A DNA stretch of 64,000 nt from Candidatus Poseidoniaceae archaeon (GCA_943789275.1 CALSTM010000003.1:596053-660052); one strand, 5' to 3'; shown: positions 1 through 11,800, counted from the first letter of the stretch. The notes: generated by a model not told the origin, from the letters alone. A program made the numbers and translations.

Positions 1-591
1 GGCAAGGACGGTAACGCTCTCACCGGTGTTAAAGGCGTAACTCGTGTCTTTGGTACAGCTACCGTGGTAATGGTCAAGGACGATCTCCAAGTCATCAAGG
101 GTATTGGCCCATTCATTGAAGAAAAGCTCAATGCGCTCGGAATCTACACTTACCTACAAGTCTCGAAGATGACCTCAAAACTTGAAACAGACGTCAACGA
201 GGCCATCGAGTTCTTCCCTGGCCGTGTCAAGCGAGACCAATGGGTCAACCAGGCGAAGATTTTGCTCGGTGAGGACGTGAAACTCGATGAGAAGGCACTC
301 AAGCAAGCCGAAGACCTCGAACGAATCTCCAAGAAGGCTGAGTCAATTGACTTCGCTACGCTTGGTGTTGCAAGCGCTTCCGAGAAGGACTCGCTGCAGA
401 CAATCAAAGGGATTGGTCCGTTTATTGAAGAGAAGTTGAATGCGCTTGGTATTTACACCTTCGAACAAGTTGGAAACATGACGCCTGATATTGAAGAACA
501 GGTCAACAAGGCCATCGAGTTCTTCCCAGGCCGTGTCAAGCGAGACCAATGGGCGAAGCAGGCTCGTGAATTGCACAGTAACAAAAAGTGA
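1..591 (+). CDS. C-terminal fragment of a protein ending in two tandem HhH-like domains (IKGIGPFIEEKLNALGIYT...FFPGRVKRDQW). The gene starts upstream of the window and is probably the cytoplasmic tail of a third giant-adhesin paralog.
   Basis: Frame 1 is open from base 1 with no stop before the listed GTG at 64. There are two ~58-aa internal repeats. The segment is about 85% identical at protein level to the C-terminal ~95 aa of the giant ORF that ends at 13092. Confidence 0.6.
   Translation, partial: GKDGNALTGVKGVTRVFGTATVVMVKDDLQVIKGIGPFIEEKLNALGIYTYLQVSKMTSKLETDVNEAIEFFPGRVKRDQWVNQAKILLGEDVKLDEKALKQAEDLERISKKAESIDFATLGVASASEKDSLQTIKGIGPFIEEKLNALGIYTFEQVGNMTPDIEEQVNKAIEFFPGRVKRDQWAKQARELHSNKK
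88..570 (+). repeat. Tandem duplication of a ~58-aa HhH-like domain, with copies at about 88-260 and about 397-570.
   Basis: The protein repeat IKGIGPFIEEKLNALGIYT(Y/F)xQVxxMTxxxExxVNxAIEFFPGRVKRDQW occurs twice within the ORF. Confidence 0.7.
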
Positions 592-860
592 TGCTCTCAT
601 TTCTGATTGTCATTTGGTGCGTTTTTGAGCCAACGGTGCATCGACTCAAGAAAAAATCTGACGTCGCGGGAATGGAAAACCAGTTCTCCAGAACGGTGGG
701 TTTTTGACACCTCACTACGGCAGTTCCTTAGAAAGGTTCTATTCTTTCCGACGTCAGCAAACATCATGGGCGTCGTGTTAAACGAGCGTAATGGCTGCAT
801 TTGGCGATTGGATGTTGGTCTTGTTCAGATGGTCGAGACTGATGTTTCTTTTGAAGGAAG

Positions 861-1550
861 GTGATATGTATGGGTGGATTAAAAGCGAGCGGTGATATGC
901 GGTATTTTCAGATACGTATTCTGCATGAGCAAGCCCAGCATTTACCAGGGAATATCCTTACGAAGTTCTTCAGCAAAGTGGAAATGGTTACTGGAACTGG
1001 GGTTGTGGACTCCATCCCAACATGTATTCTCAGGGTAGAGCATGATGGCGTTGACATTAGGAAACTCAAAGATCAACTCAAGGGGAGTTTAATCATCGAT
1101 AAAATCCTCCAAGAAGGGGATGATTATGCCTACTTGAAAGCGAAAACTCCTGGACCGATTCAACTCATTATTGGGGCTGAAGAGGAAGCATGGATTATGC
1201 CACCATCGTATCTCTCCAGAGAAAGTGGTTTCTTTATGACCATACACGGCACGCCGAAAGGGCTGAAGAGAATCAAAGACAAATTAGAGGCATTGATTCC
1301 TGAAAAAATGGATATGCGAATTTCAAAACTGATTATCGGCGATTGGATGTCTGCTCCAAAACTGCCAAATAAGCGTTATTTAGCTATTAAAACTGCAGTT
1401 GATATGGGTTATTACAGCACTCCTCGAAGGTGCAATCAAAGCGATATTGCAGAAGTTTTGGGTGTTAAACAAGGAACCGTTGCAGAACATTTACACTTCG
1501 CTGAAAGCATAATCATCAATTCTTGGTCCGAGCAAACATCGAGTTCATAG
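861..1550 (+). CDS. Bat-type (bacterio-opsin-activator-like) HTH_10 DNA-binding transcription regulator.
   Basis: The C-terminal motif LPNKRYLAIKTAVDMGYYSTPRRCNQSDIAEVLGVKQGTVAEHLHFAESII matches the HTH_10 signature (LTxRQRExLxxAxxxGYFDxPRxxxxxELAxxLGISxSTxxxHLRxAE). The listed start is GTG, and an ATG lies 9 nt downstream. Confidence 0.6.
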   Translation: MICMGGLKASGDMRYFQIRILHEQAQHLPGNILTKFFSKVEMVTGTGVVDSIPTCILRVEHDGVDIRKLKDQLKGSLIIDKILQEGDDYAYLKAKTPGPIQLIIGAEEEAWIMPPSYLSRESGFFMTIHGTPKGLKRIKDKLEALIPEKMDMRISKLIIGDWMSAPKLPNKRYLAIKTAVDMGYYSTPRRCNQSDIAEVLGVKQGTVAEHLHFAESIIINSWSEQTSSS

Positions 1551-2156
1551 CCCTCGGATTGAGATAATCGTTGCCAATATGAAAAGTAAACTTCCTAAAA
1601 CAGTAAATGCTTTTTTGAGGAACTTCGGCTCGTCTGTTTTCGATTTTATCTTCTCGCCAAGATTCGACCAAACCAACATGGCGAGAATCCCGCCGCTTGT
1701 TGTAATGCTGGTGATGGTCAAGATGCCAACTACACCTCCGCCGAAATCATCCAAAAATTTCGTCATCAACATGAACACCATGGCCCATTCCTTGCCATTT
1801 ACATATTGCATCAAGACGCCGGTTTTGAATCCTAATTTAGGGACCACTTCAGGAAAATTTTGTATTTTTTCCGAACGTCCAAGATACAAAATACCGAAGG
1901 CGATTAAAAACATGAATAACGAACCAATGATGTCCATTACGGTGCGGACTGTTCCGTCTTCATCAAAAGAATCAACAGCCATACCGCAGATGAAATGTAT
2001 GGAACTGAAGCCCAAAGCCATTCCAGCAATCAGCGGTAAATTACTTTTTTTTCCATGCACAACTGCATGAACTGTACAGGTAATGTTGTTCGGTCCAGGC
2101 GTAATCAATCCGGCGAGAAGTAATGCCAGTAAGTATGCTAACGAATCCCACGGCAT
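1545..2156 (-). CDS. LysE/RhtB-family amino-acid exporter.
   Basis: A ~200-aa polytopic membrane protein with the LysE-type motif AGLITPGPNN near the N-terminus. The internal ATG at 2156 gives the typical family length, whereas the ORF-track start at 2375 adds a non-hydrophobic 73-aa extension. Confidence 0.7.
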   Translation of the reverse strand: MPWDSLAYLLALLLAGLITPGPNNITCTVHAVVHGKKSNLPLIAGMALGFSSIHFICGMAVDSFDEDGTVRTVMDIIGSLFMFLIAFGILYLGRSEKIQNFPEVVPKLGFKTGVLMQYVNGKEWAMVFMLMTKFLDDFGGGVVGILTITSITTSGGILAMLVWSNLGEKIKSKTDEPKFLKKAFTVLGSLLFILATIISIRGL

Positions 2157-2399
2157 GCTGATGGCAATGAAATACACGGTATAGTTATTTTGTTGTGTTG
2201 CCGATTTAATGATTGGTCTGTTCGTTTTTCGGTTTCTTTGAGATTGACTAAACCGTCGTAGATTCAGCTCTTCTTGAACGGGGTTGAAGAGCCACTTGTG
2301 CGAAATTATAGGGTCAACTATGATAGTCAGTTCGTCGTTGGTTGGCGCATGAATGATGCCGATGGTATAGGTCACAGCCGTGTATTTGGACTAAAATCC

Positions 2400-2870
2400 A
2401 TGAAATCACTCCTTCTTGCCGTGTTAATGGTCTCCATGTCCCTTTCTGTGGGCCTTGTGGAACTGAACAAAGCCCCTTGGCTTGTTGAAGACGGTGAAAG
2501 CGAACTTGAAGAGTTAAACAATCCCATGCACACAACCGCACCTTCGATTTCCTATTCCTCAAGCACACTCGCTCTTTCCAACAACACCGCTATGACGCCA
2601 GTGACAGCGACGAATTCAGGTGGTACGGTTGGAGTTCCGGTGGCAATAGAACTCAGTACCATCGATGAATGGCTGTCTTTAGCCCTTGATTCTGATGGAT
2701 ACAGGCATGTTTCCGCTGCCGACACCACCAGTAGTGATCTCATGTATGCGACCGACACCAGTGGGGCTTGGGTCAACATAACCGTTGATGCTCCAGGACA
2801 GGTCGGGGAATACAACTCAATCGCTGTTGATTCTGAAGACGTCGTGCATATTGCCTACTTCAGCCTATAA
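2400..2870 (+). CDS. N-terminal signal-peptide-bearing segment of giant surface protein 1. It is separated from the body by an apparent +1 frameshift at about 2865-2870.
   Basis: MKSLLLAVLMVSMSLSVGLVELN is an N-terminal signal-like hydrophobic segment. The segment ends with the repeat ...IAVDSEDVVHIAYFSL followed by a stop. The same repeat unit (..K..DLKYATC..) continues in frame +1 from about 2866. The upstream ORF-track start (2274) is TTG and lacks a signal peptide. Confidence 0.5.
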   Translation: MKSLLLAVLMVSMSLSVGLVELNKAPWLVEDGESELEELNNPMHTTAPSISYSSSTLALSNNTAMTPVTATNSGGTVGVPVAIELSTIDEWLSLALDSDGYRHVSAADTTSSDLMYATDTSGAWVNITVDAPGQVGEYNSIAVDSEDVVHIAYFSL

Positions 2871-5800
2871 GGATGATACGAACGCACTTACTCAAGACCT
2901 CAAGTACGCTACGTGCGCATCATCATGCGCATCAGCATCTTCATGGTCAAACATCACCCTTGACGCCACTGGTTTTGTAGGCGAGAGAACCTCCATCGCA
3001 GTTGATTCAAATGATGGAGTGCATATTTCCTACACCGATAATACCAACAATGCACTGAAGTATACCATGTGCTCCTCATCTTGTGGTACAGCATCTTCAT
3101 GGTCGAATGTTTCTGTTGACGATATAGGAACCGGTGATACTAAACCAACTGATATCGCGATTGATTCAAACGATGCAGTACACATTGCCTACCATTGGCA
3201 AGGAATCAGTAATCTCAACATACGATATGCCACGTGTACTACCTCGTGTGCATCGGCATCCTCATGGACAAACACATCAGGTATTAGCCTCAGCAACATA
3301 CACGATGTGGCACTCGCAATTGATTCAAACGACGCACTGCACATTGCTGGCTATGATTATGACAATAAGGATATCATTTACCTCGCATGTACCTCTTCAT
3401 GTACTTCTACCTCTTCATGGTCAAATATTAGCGCTGTTACCACTGGCGAAGTTGGTGCACGATTATCGATTGCAGTTGATTCTACGAATAACCCACACAT
3501 ATCCTATCAGGCTGGTGCGTGGGCCGTACATGTTGGTCTGCCCCTTGGATACGCCACTTGCACTTCATCGTGTCTAACTGCCTCAAGCTTTTGGACTCAC
3601 GGTACTGTTCATAGCGGCTCCGCCGTTTACACCTATGGTACATCAATTGCAGTCAATCATAACAACGATAGCGTACATATCGTCCATGGCAATTTGTTTT
3701 CCAAATTTTACTACCTCGGCTCAGACACTGCTCCATATACCGTAAGTCCCGACCTTCCAAGTGGTTTGAGTTTGGATTGGAGCAGCGGAAAAATTTCTGG
3801 GACACCGAGAGAACTCTCCACCTCCACGATCTACACCATTACCGCAAGAAATGCACATGGTTCGGATACCGCAACACTGACCATTTCGGTCAACGCACCA
3901 CCTTCGCTGTCCTACGATTTGGGTACAGGAAACAGCACTTCAGTCTATTCCAACAAACAGGTTGCTGCAGGATACCAACACACCTGCGCCATTCTTGACA
4001 ATGGTTCTGTGATGTGCTGGGGAGAGAATGGCCACGGACAGTTAGGCAATGGTGGAACAGGCGACGAACACATACCCGTTTGGGTTGATCTTGGCACGGA
4101 TAGGACCGCCGTTGCGATCACTGCTGGATACAGACACACCTGCGCCATTCTTGACAACGGTTCAGTTTCCTGTTGGGGACAGGGAATTTTTGGGCAATTA
4201 GGTAATGGAGGAACATCACAACAAACCTCACCAACGCTCACCAGCAGCCTTGGAACCGGCCGTACGGCCGTAGCGATCACTGCTGGATACAGTCACACCT
4301 GCGTCATTCTTGACAACGGTTCAGTTTCCTGTTGGGGAATCGGAAATAAAGGACACTTGGGTAACGGAGGTACATCACAACAAAACTCACCAACGCTCAC
4401 CAGCAGCCTTGGTACCGGCCGTACGGCCGTAGCGATTTCTGCTGGACAATATCACTCCTGCGCCATTCTTGACAGCGGTTCAGTTTCCTGTTGGGGGTAT
4501 GGAATTGAGGGACAATTGGGTAACGGAGGTACATCACAACAAAACTCACCAACACTCACCAGCAGCCTTGGAACCGGTCGTACGGCCGTAGCGATTTCTG
4601 CTGGAGGCATCCACACCTGTGCCATACTTGACAACGGTTCAGTCTCATGTTGGGGGGAGGGAAGTAAAGGACGATTGGGTAACGGAGGTACATCACAACA
4701 AAACTCACCAACGCTCACCAACAGCCTTGGAACCGGTCGTACGGCCGTAGCGATTTCTGGTGGAGCCAAACACACCTGCGCCATTCTTGACAGCGGTTCA
4801 GTCTCATGTTGGGGAGATGGAGCCATTGGCATACTGGGTGACGGGGGGACATCAGATCAACACTCACCAACGCTCACCAGCAGCCTTGGAACTGGCCGAA
4901 CGGCAGTTGCGCTTGAGAATGGACACGCCCACACCTGTGCCATTCTTGACGACGCTTCCATGAAGTGTTGGGGAAATGACAACAACAAGCAGTTAGGCAA
5001 TGGAGCCACAGGCAGCACCGGCGACCCACCCGTTTTGGTATCAGGCAGCCATACGTGGGACTCCACGATGATTTCAGGTTCATCAAGTACAGTTTACCTT
5101 GTACAGAATGCGCTTATGAGTTCACTTTCTCCAACGTTAGACGCTGGCTTCGGTGCACCCACTTCATGCAACCAAACAGGGCTACCTTCTGGCCTTTTAC
5201 TTAGCACCACATGCGTGCTCTCAGGAACACCGACAACGTTGGGCAGTACAACGCTGACAATTACCCCCTCGAATGCAGAAGGTAATGGTTCTGCAGCCAT
5301 TTTTATCGTCAATGTGAATGCTTCAGGTGGTTCAATCACCATCAACACAACCTCCACCGAAGGTGGCGTAGGCAGTGCCATCTCAGACATCACCATGTCG
5401 TATACACACACCGCCAGCATTCCAAATTGGGTCTCAGGTGTGACCAACAGCACAATTAATCCAGCCCCCTCAATTCCAGCCGGCGGGGGTTCAAAACTTT
5501 CAATCGATTCTGGTCTAAACGGAGACATCGCAGCTGTGTATTCAGTGGAGCGAACCGGCGCGACCTCAGCCAATCTCTCCTTGCTCTACAAGTGGAACGG
5601 GGCATGGACAGAGAGTACCATTGACAGCAGTGTCGATACGGAGGTTCCATCGGTTGCTATCGACCGACAGGGAGCACTTCACATCGGGTATGTCGATAAG
5701 GACAATGCCAAGTTGAAGTACGCCACCAATGCATCTGGGTCTTGGGTCGTTGAAACGTTGGGTGATGCAGCGACTCACCAATTTGCACAAACGGCAATTT

Positions 5801-8800
5801 CAGTGCATCCGGTCACAAATGCAATTCATATCATGGCCGTGAACGGATCGACCATCCCAACCGCAGGATTGAATCATCACACAAACGAAACAGGTACCTG
5901 GCTCTACTCAACCATTTCTGACCCATCAGAGGAAGAGGGATTCGGGGTTAATTTCGATATTGACTCAGATGGTAACCTGCATGTTGTTTTCCGAAGAGAA
6001 GCCAACAGTGTCACGACCCCTCACTATGACCACTTGATAATGGCCAGTCGAATAAACGGTGTTTGGCAAAACCAGACCATTGCAATCAATCTGATTAACG
6101 GTGCGTATGGACATCACTTTGACATGGCCATTGATTCACAAGATCAAATACACGTAACATATCAAGGTAACCTCAATCAAGGAAAATGGATTTGGCATGG
6201 CGTATTATCAAGTGTTAACCCAAGCAGTAGCTGGGTTTTAACTCAATTATCTACCTCAGGATTTTACCCAGCTTTGGCCGTCGATTCAAACGACAATGTG
6301 CACCTTTCTTATCACGGTGGTGCGGGCTGTCCAAGGATCAGTGGTACCAAACATACACCTCTGGAACGTGGAGTTCGACGAATCGAAACAAGCGCCACCG
6401 CCGGCAACATTCATGGGGGTTACTTCAATGAAATGACCACAGATTCCAATGATGATGTCTTTATATTTGCTTATGGGCAAGTGGTTTCCACTTGCAAAAG
6501 TTGTGACATTCGAATAACCAGAATTCAAGGTTTAGGACCAAGTCTTGCGACGAATCCGATTTTCGAGGTATCACCACCACTCCCAGACGGACTGAACATG
6601 AACTGGCACAACGGTACCATTTCTGGAACACCGACTGAAACCCACGCGAACACTACACACACCGTCACAGTGACTGCCTTTGGCGCAACCACAACTGAAA
6701 CATTCACACTTATGGTCATTGAAGCAGCCGATATTTCCTACGCAGGTTCACCGTTTACGTTCACCAAGAACACCGAAGTCGTTGGAGAAACACCAACCAA
6801 CGCTGGTGGAGCAGTCATCACATGGGCAATTCACCCGCCAGCATCTTCGCTACCAAACGGTCTCTTGTTTGGCCCATCCAACGGAACCATCTACGGTACA
6901 CCGACCACTGTGGTCTCTTCCGCCGTTACGTTCACCGTTTGGGCGAACAATTCGGCTGACAGCAATTCGACAACCATTTCGATCACCGTTCAAGACGAAG
7001 CTCCTGACATTTCGTATGCAGGTTCACCGTTTACGTTCACCAAGAACACGGAAGTTGTTGGAGAAACACCAACCAACGCTGGTGGTGCGGTAAGCACATG
7101 GGCAATTCACCCGCCAGCATCTTCGCTACCAAACGGTCTCTTGTTTGGCACATCCAACGGAACCATCTACGGAACACCGACCACTGTGGTCTCTTCAGCC
7201 GTTACGTTCACGGTTTGGGCGAACAATTCTGCCGATGATATTTCGACAACCATTTCGATTACTGTTCAAGATGAAGATGCTGACATTTCGTACGCAGGTT
7301 CACCGTTCACATTCACCAAGAACAGTCTTGTGAGCGGTGCAACGCCAACTAACGTTGGTGGCGCACCAGATGCATGGGCTATTGATCCAGAAATCTCTAC
7401 CACGATTCCAGGACTCTCGTTCAACACCGCAACGGGTGCTATCACCGGTACGCCAACAGGAGTACATTCGGCCACTATGTTCACCGTTTGGGCCAACAAT
7501 TCCGCAGGTGATATTTCGACAACCATTTCGATCACCGTTCAAGATGAAGATGCTGACATTTCGTACGCAGGTTCACCGTTCACGTTCACCAAGAACAGTC
7601 TTGTGAGCGGTGCAACGCCAACTAACGTTGGTGGCGCACCAGATGCATGGGCTATTGATCCAGAAATCTCTACCACGATTCCAGGACTCTCGTTCAACAC
7701 CGCAACGGGTGCTATCACCGGTACGCCAACAGGAGTACATTCGGCCACTATGTTCACCGTTTGGGCCAACAATTCCGCAGGTGATATTTCGACAACCATT
7801 TCGATCACCGTTCAAGATGAAGATGCTGACATTTCGTACGCAGGTTCACCGTTCACATTCACCAAGAACAGTCTTGTGAGCGGTGCAACGCCAACTAACG
7901 TTGGTGGCGCACCAGATGCATGGGCTATTGATCCAGAAATCTCTACCACGATTCCAGGACTCTCGTTCAACACCGCAACGGGTGCTATCACCGGTACGCC
8001 AACAGGAGTACATTCGGCCACTATGTTCACCGTTTGGGCCAACAATTCCGCAGGTGATATTTCGACAACCATTTCGATCACCGTTCAAGATGAAGATGCT
8101 GACATTTCGTACGCAGGTTCACCGTTCACATTCACCAAGAACAGTCTTGTGAGCGGTGCAACGCCAACTAACGTTGGTGGCGCACCAGATGCATGGGCTA
8201 TTGATCCAGAAATCTCTACCACGATTCCAGGACTCTCGTTCAACACTGCAACGGGTGCTATCACCGGTACGCCAACAGGAGTACATTCGGCCACTATGTT
8301 CACCGTTTGGGCCAACAATTCCGCAGGTGATATTTCGACAACCATTTCGATCACCGTTCAAGATGAAGATGCTGACATTTCGTACGCAGGTTCACCGTTC
8401 ACATTCACCAAGAACAGTCTTGTGAGCGGTGCAACGCCAACTAACGTTGGTGGCGCACCAGATGCATGGGCTATTGATCCAGAAATCTCTACCACGATTC
8501 CAGGACTCTCGTTCAACACCGCAACGGGTGCTATCACCGGTACGCCAACAGGAGTACATTCGGCCACTATGTTCACCGTTTGGGCCAACAATTCCGCAGG
8601 TGATATTTCGACAACCATTTCGATCACTGTGAACGACATTGCACCAGTTTTCACATATTCATCCCTCGAAGTGACATTAACCAATAATTCGGCGGTATCG
8701 CTCTTGCCAATCAGCACGGGCGGGGCGGTCACATCGTGGGAGTACGTAGGAACTGAACCACTCGGTTTGAACTTCGAAGGCGGAAATGGAACCATTTGGG

Positions 8801-11800
8801 GCACACCAACCGTTGTTCAATCGAAAACTCAATACTTGATTTGGGGGAACAATTCAGGTGGACAGCTTTTGGTTTACATGAACATCACCATTTCTGATGT
8901 GCCTGTTTCCTTGAGTTACACCTCTGACAATTACAACCTCACGCGTGCTGTCACAATGACAACGCCAATCAGTCCAGTTTACACTGGTATTGTTGATGCG
9001 TGGGGCATTGAACCTTCACCTACATTGGCGGGTCTCTCTTGGGATTCATCCACAGGTGTGATTTCAGGTACGCCAAACATCAACATGACCCGAACAGAAT
9101 ACACCGTTTGGGCAAACAATACCGGTGGTAACGTGTCTCATAAGTTCAACATCACCATCAACGAACCGATTGTGACCTTGGTCTACACTCCTGCGAGCGA
9201 AACCTTTGTTCGAGGTACGACAATCACCAACTGGCTCCCAACGGTGACCGGTGGAAACGTCGAAACTTGGGGCATTGAACCTTCAATTACGGGAACTGGT
9301 CTTTCGTTTGTCAACGGAGTGATTTCGGGTACACCGACCATCAACATGACCCAAGCCGATTACATCGTATGGGCCAACACGACCGGTGGCGAGACCAACT
9401 TTACCATCAGCATTACCATCAATGAACCGATTGTGACCTTGGTCTACACTCCTGCGAGCGAAACCTTTGTTCGAGGTACGACAATCACCAACTGGCTCCC
9501 AACGGTGACCGGTGGAAACGTCGAAACTTGGGGCATTGAACCTTCAATTACGGGAACTGGTCTTTCGTTTGTCAACGGAGTGATTTCGGGTACACCGACC
9601 ATCAACATGACCCAAGCCGATTACATCGTATGGGCCAACACAACCGGTGGCGAGACCAACTTTACCATCACCATCACCATCAATGAACCGATTGTGACCT
9701 TGGTCTACACTCCTGCGAGCGAAACCTTTGTTCGAGGTACGACAATCACCAACTGGCTCCCAACGGTGACCGGTGGAAACGTCGAAACTTGGGGCATTGA
9801 ACCTTCAATTACGGGAACTGGTCTTTCGTTTGTCAACGGAGTGATTTCGGGTACACCGACCATCAACATGACCCAAGCCGATTACATCGTATGGGCCAAC
9901 ACAACCGGTGGCGAGACCAACTTTACCATCACCATCACCATCAACGAACCTGGAGTCATCCTTGAGTACAATCCAGAAAATGTAATCGTCACAATTGGTG
10001 ACCCAATGACTGCGTTGACCCCAATTGTCAGCAACGGGAGCGTTGAGATATGGAGCATTTATCCCGAACTTGATAATGGATTGAACTTTGCAAACGGAAT
10101 CATCTCAGGAACGCCAACAAGCATTCAATCAAAACAAACCTACAAGATTTGGGCTAACAACACAGGCGGCAATACATATCACGATGTCAACATCACAATC
10201 CTTGACATCGTTCCTGAAATTTCCTACAGTCTCGTAAGCATTGACCTTACTAATGATACGACAAGCAGTGAGTTGCCTCTCTCCCCGAGTAACCTCGGCG
10301 GTCCAGTGGTGTCATGGTCGATTACGCCAGACCTCAGCCTTGGCTTGTCGTTTGACCCTGCAACCGGCGTCATCAGTGGAACACCCACTGAAGTCACAGC
10401 ACTTCGAGTCTACACCGTTACTGCAACAAATACAGGTGGAACGAGCACGACAGAGATTGAAATCACCGTTCTTGACCAAGTTCCGATGATTGCATACGTG
10501 CCTTCGGATGAAGTTCTGCTCTTGAACGAGAGTGTCCTGAACATGGTACCTGAATCCACGGGTGGAGCAATCACGGGCTGGTCAATCACACCTGAGCCAT
10601 CTGCTGGTTTGTTCTTTGACGCATCGACCGGTGTTTTCAGCGGTACGCCTACGGAGACAATGATTCGAACCCTGTACGAGATTACAGCAACAAATGATGT
10701 GGGAAGCATGACCGTTTCGGTTAACATCACCGTTGAAGATTTGAATTACAACCTCTCGCTTGGTCCGATTTATTTGCTCATTAATGAGGAAATGTTGAGT
10801 TTAGAACCGACATCAACCCTCTCTGATGCTGTCTATGAAGTCAGCCCAGATCTGCCTGATGGTCTCTTCCTTGGAGAAAGCAATGGAACCATTTGGGGCA
10901 CACCAACGGTTGGAATGCCTCTGACAAATTTCACCATCTATGCCAACAGCAGTTTGTTCAATGATGTGCTTGAAATCCAAATCGGAGTCCTAGAAGATTC
11001 AGATTCGGATGGAATGCCGAACCAACTGCCGCTTGGTTACAATCCACTCGGCGGTCTTACCGAAGACTTGGACGATGACGGTGACGGCTTCACTGATGCC
11101 GAGGAAAGCGAATGCGTTTCAGACGCATTGGATGCAGATTCAGCGCCAACCGACCTCGATGGCGATTCCATCTGCGACGCATTGGATGATGACGTCGACG
11201 GCGATGGCTTGTTGAATGATGTTGAAACAAACACCTCAACCTACGTGGATGAGAACGATACTGGAACCGACTCAATGAACGCTGACACCGACGGTGACGG
11301 CGTTTGCGATGGACCTCAAGTGCCAGCTAACGGCGGCTGCACCGCAGGACCAGATGTGTTCCCACTCGACCCTGCAGGCTCCGTTGACAGCGATGGTGAC
11401 GGCATGCCGGACACTTTGAACGGTGAATCCACCAGTTCACCACCTCTGGTCGAAGACCTCGATGACGACAACGACGCTTGGTCTGACGAGATGGAAGCAG
11501 CATGTGGAACGGACAGCGTCGATTCGAACAGTGTTCCTAGCGATGAAGACGCCGACGAAATCTGTGACAGCCTTGACACGAACCTGGACCTGCCGTTCAA
11601 CCTCACATACCCAACCGATACATTGACTGTAACATTAGGTGAAGAGATTTCAATCCTGCTTCCAAACCTCACCGGTTTGGGTGAAGTGTCTTCTTGGGAG
11701 ATTGAAGGTGAATTGCCCGAGGGATTGACCTTTGGCTGGAGTCCAGCAAGGGATGCTGCTCTTGACGGAAGTATACGTGGTACACCAACTGCAGTAATGT

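Noticed and set aside
597-864. Small ORFs between the HhH-tail gene and the HTH_10 regulator (607-864 +, 597-800 -).
   Set aside because: They have no recognisable domains and no start or RBS context. They are more likely a 270-bp intergenic or regulatory region.
6680-8804. Series of antisense and alternate-frame ORFs of 62-148 aa with identical translations recurring every 273 nt (for example 7266-7535, 7337-7606 and 7539-7808).
   Set aside because: They are by-products of the perfect 273-bp coding repeats inside giant gene 1. The sense frame carries a continuous Ig-like domain protein, so they are not independent genes.
7271-9945. Possibility that the regular tandem repeats are a CRISPR array.
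   Set aside because: The repeat units (273 and 261 bp) are far too long, are directly adjacent without unique spacers, and lie in frame within a protein-coding sequence. No cas genes are nearby.
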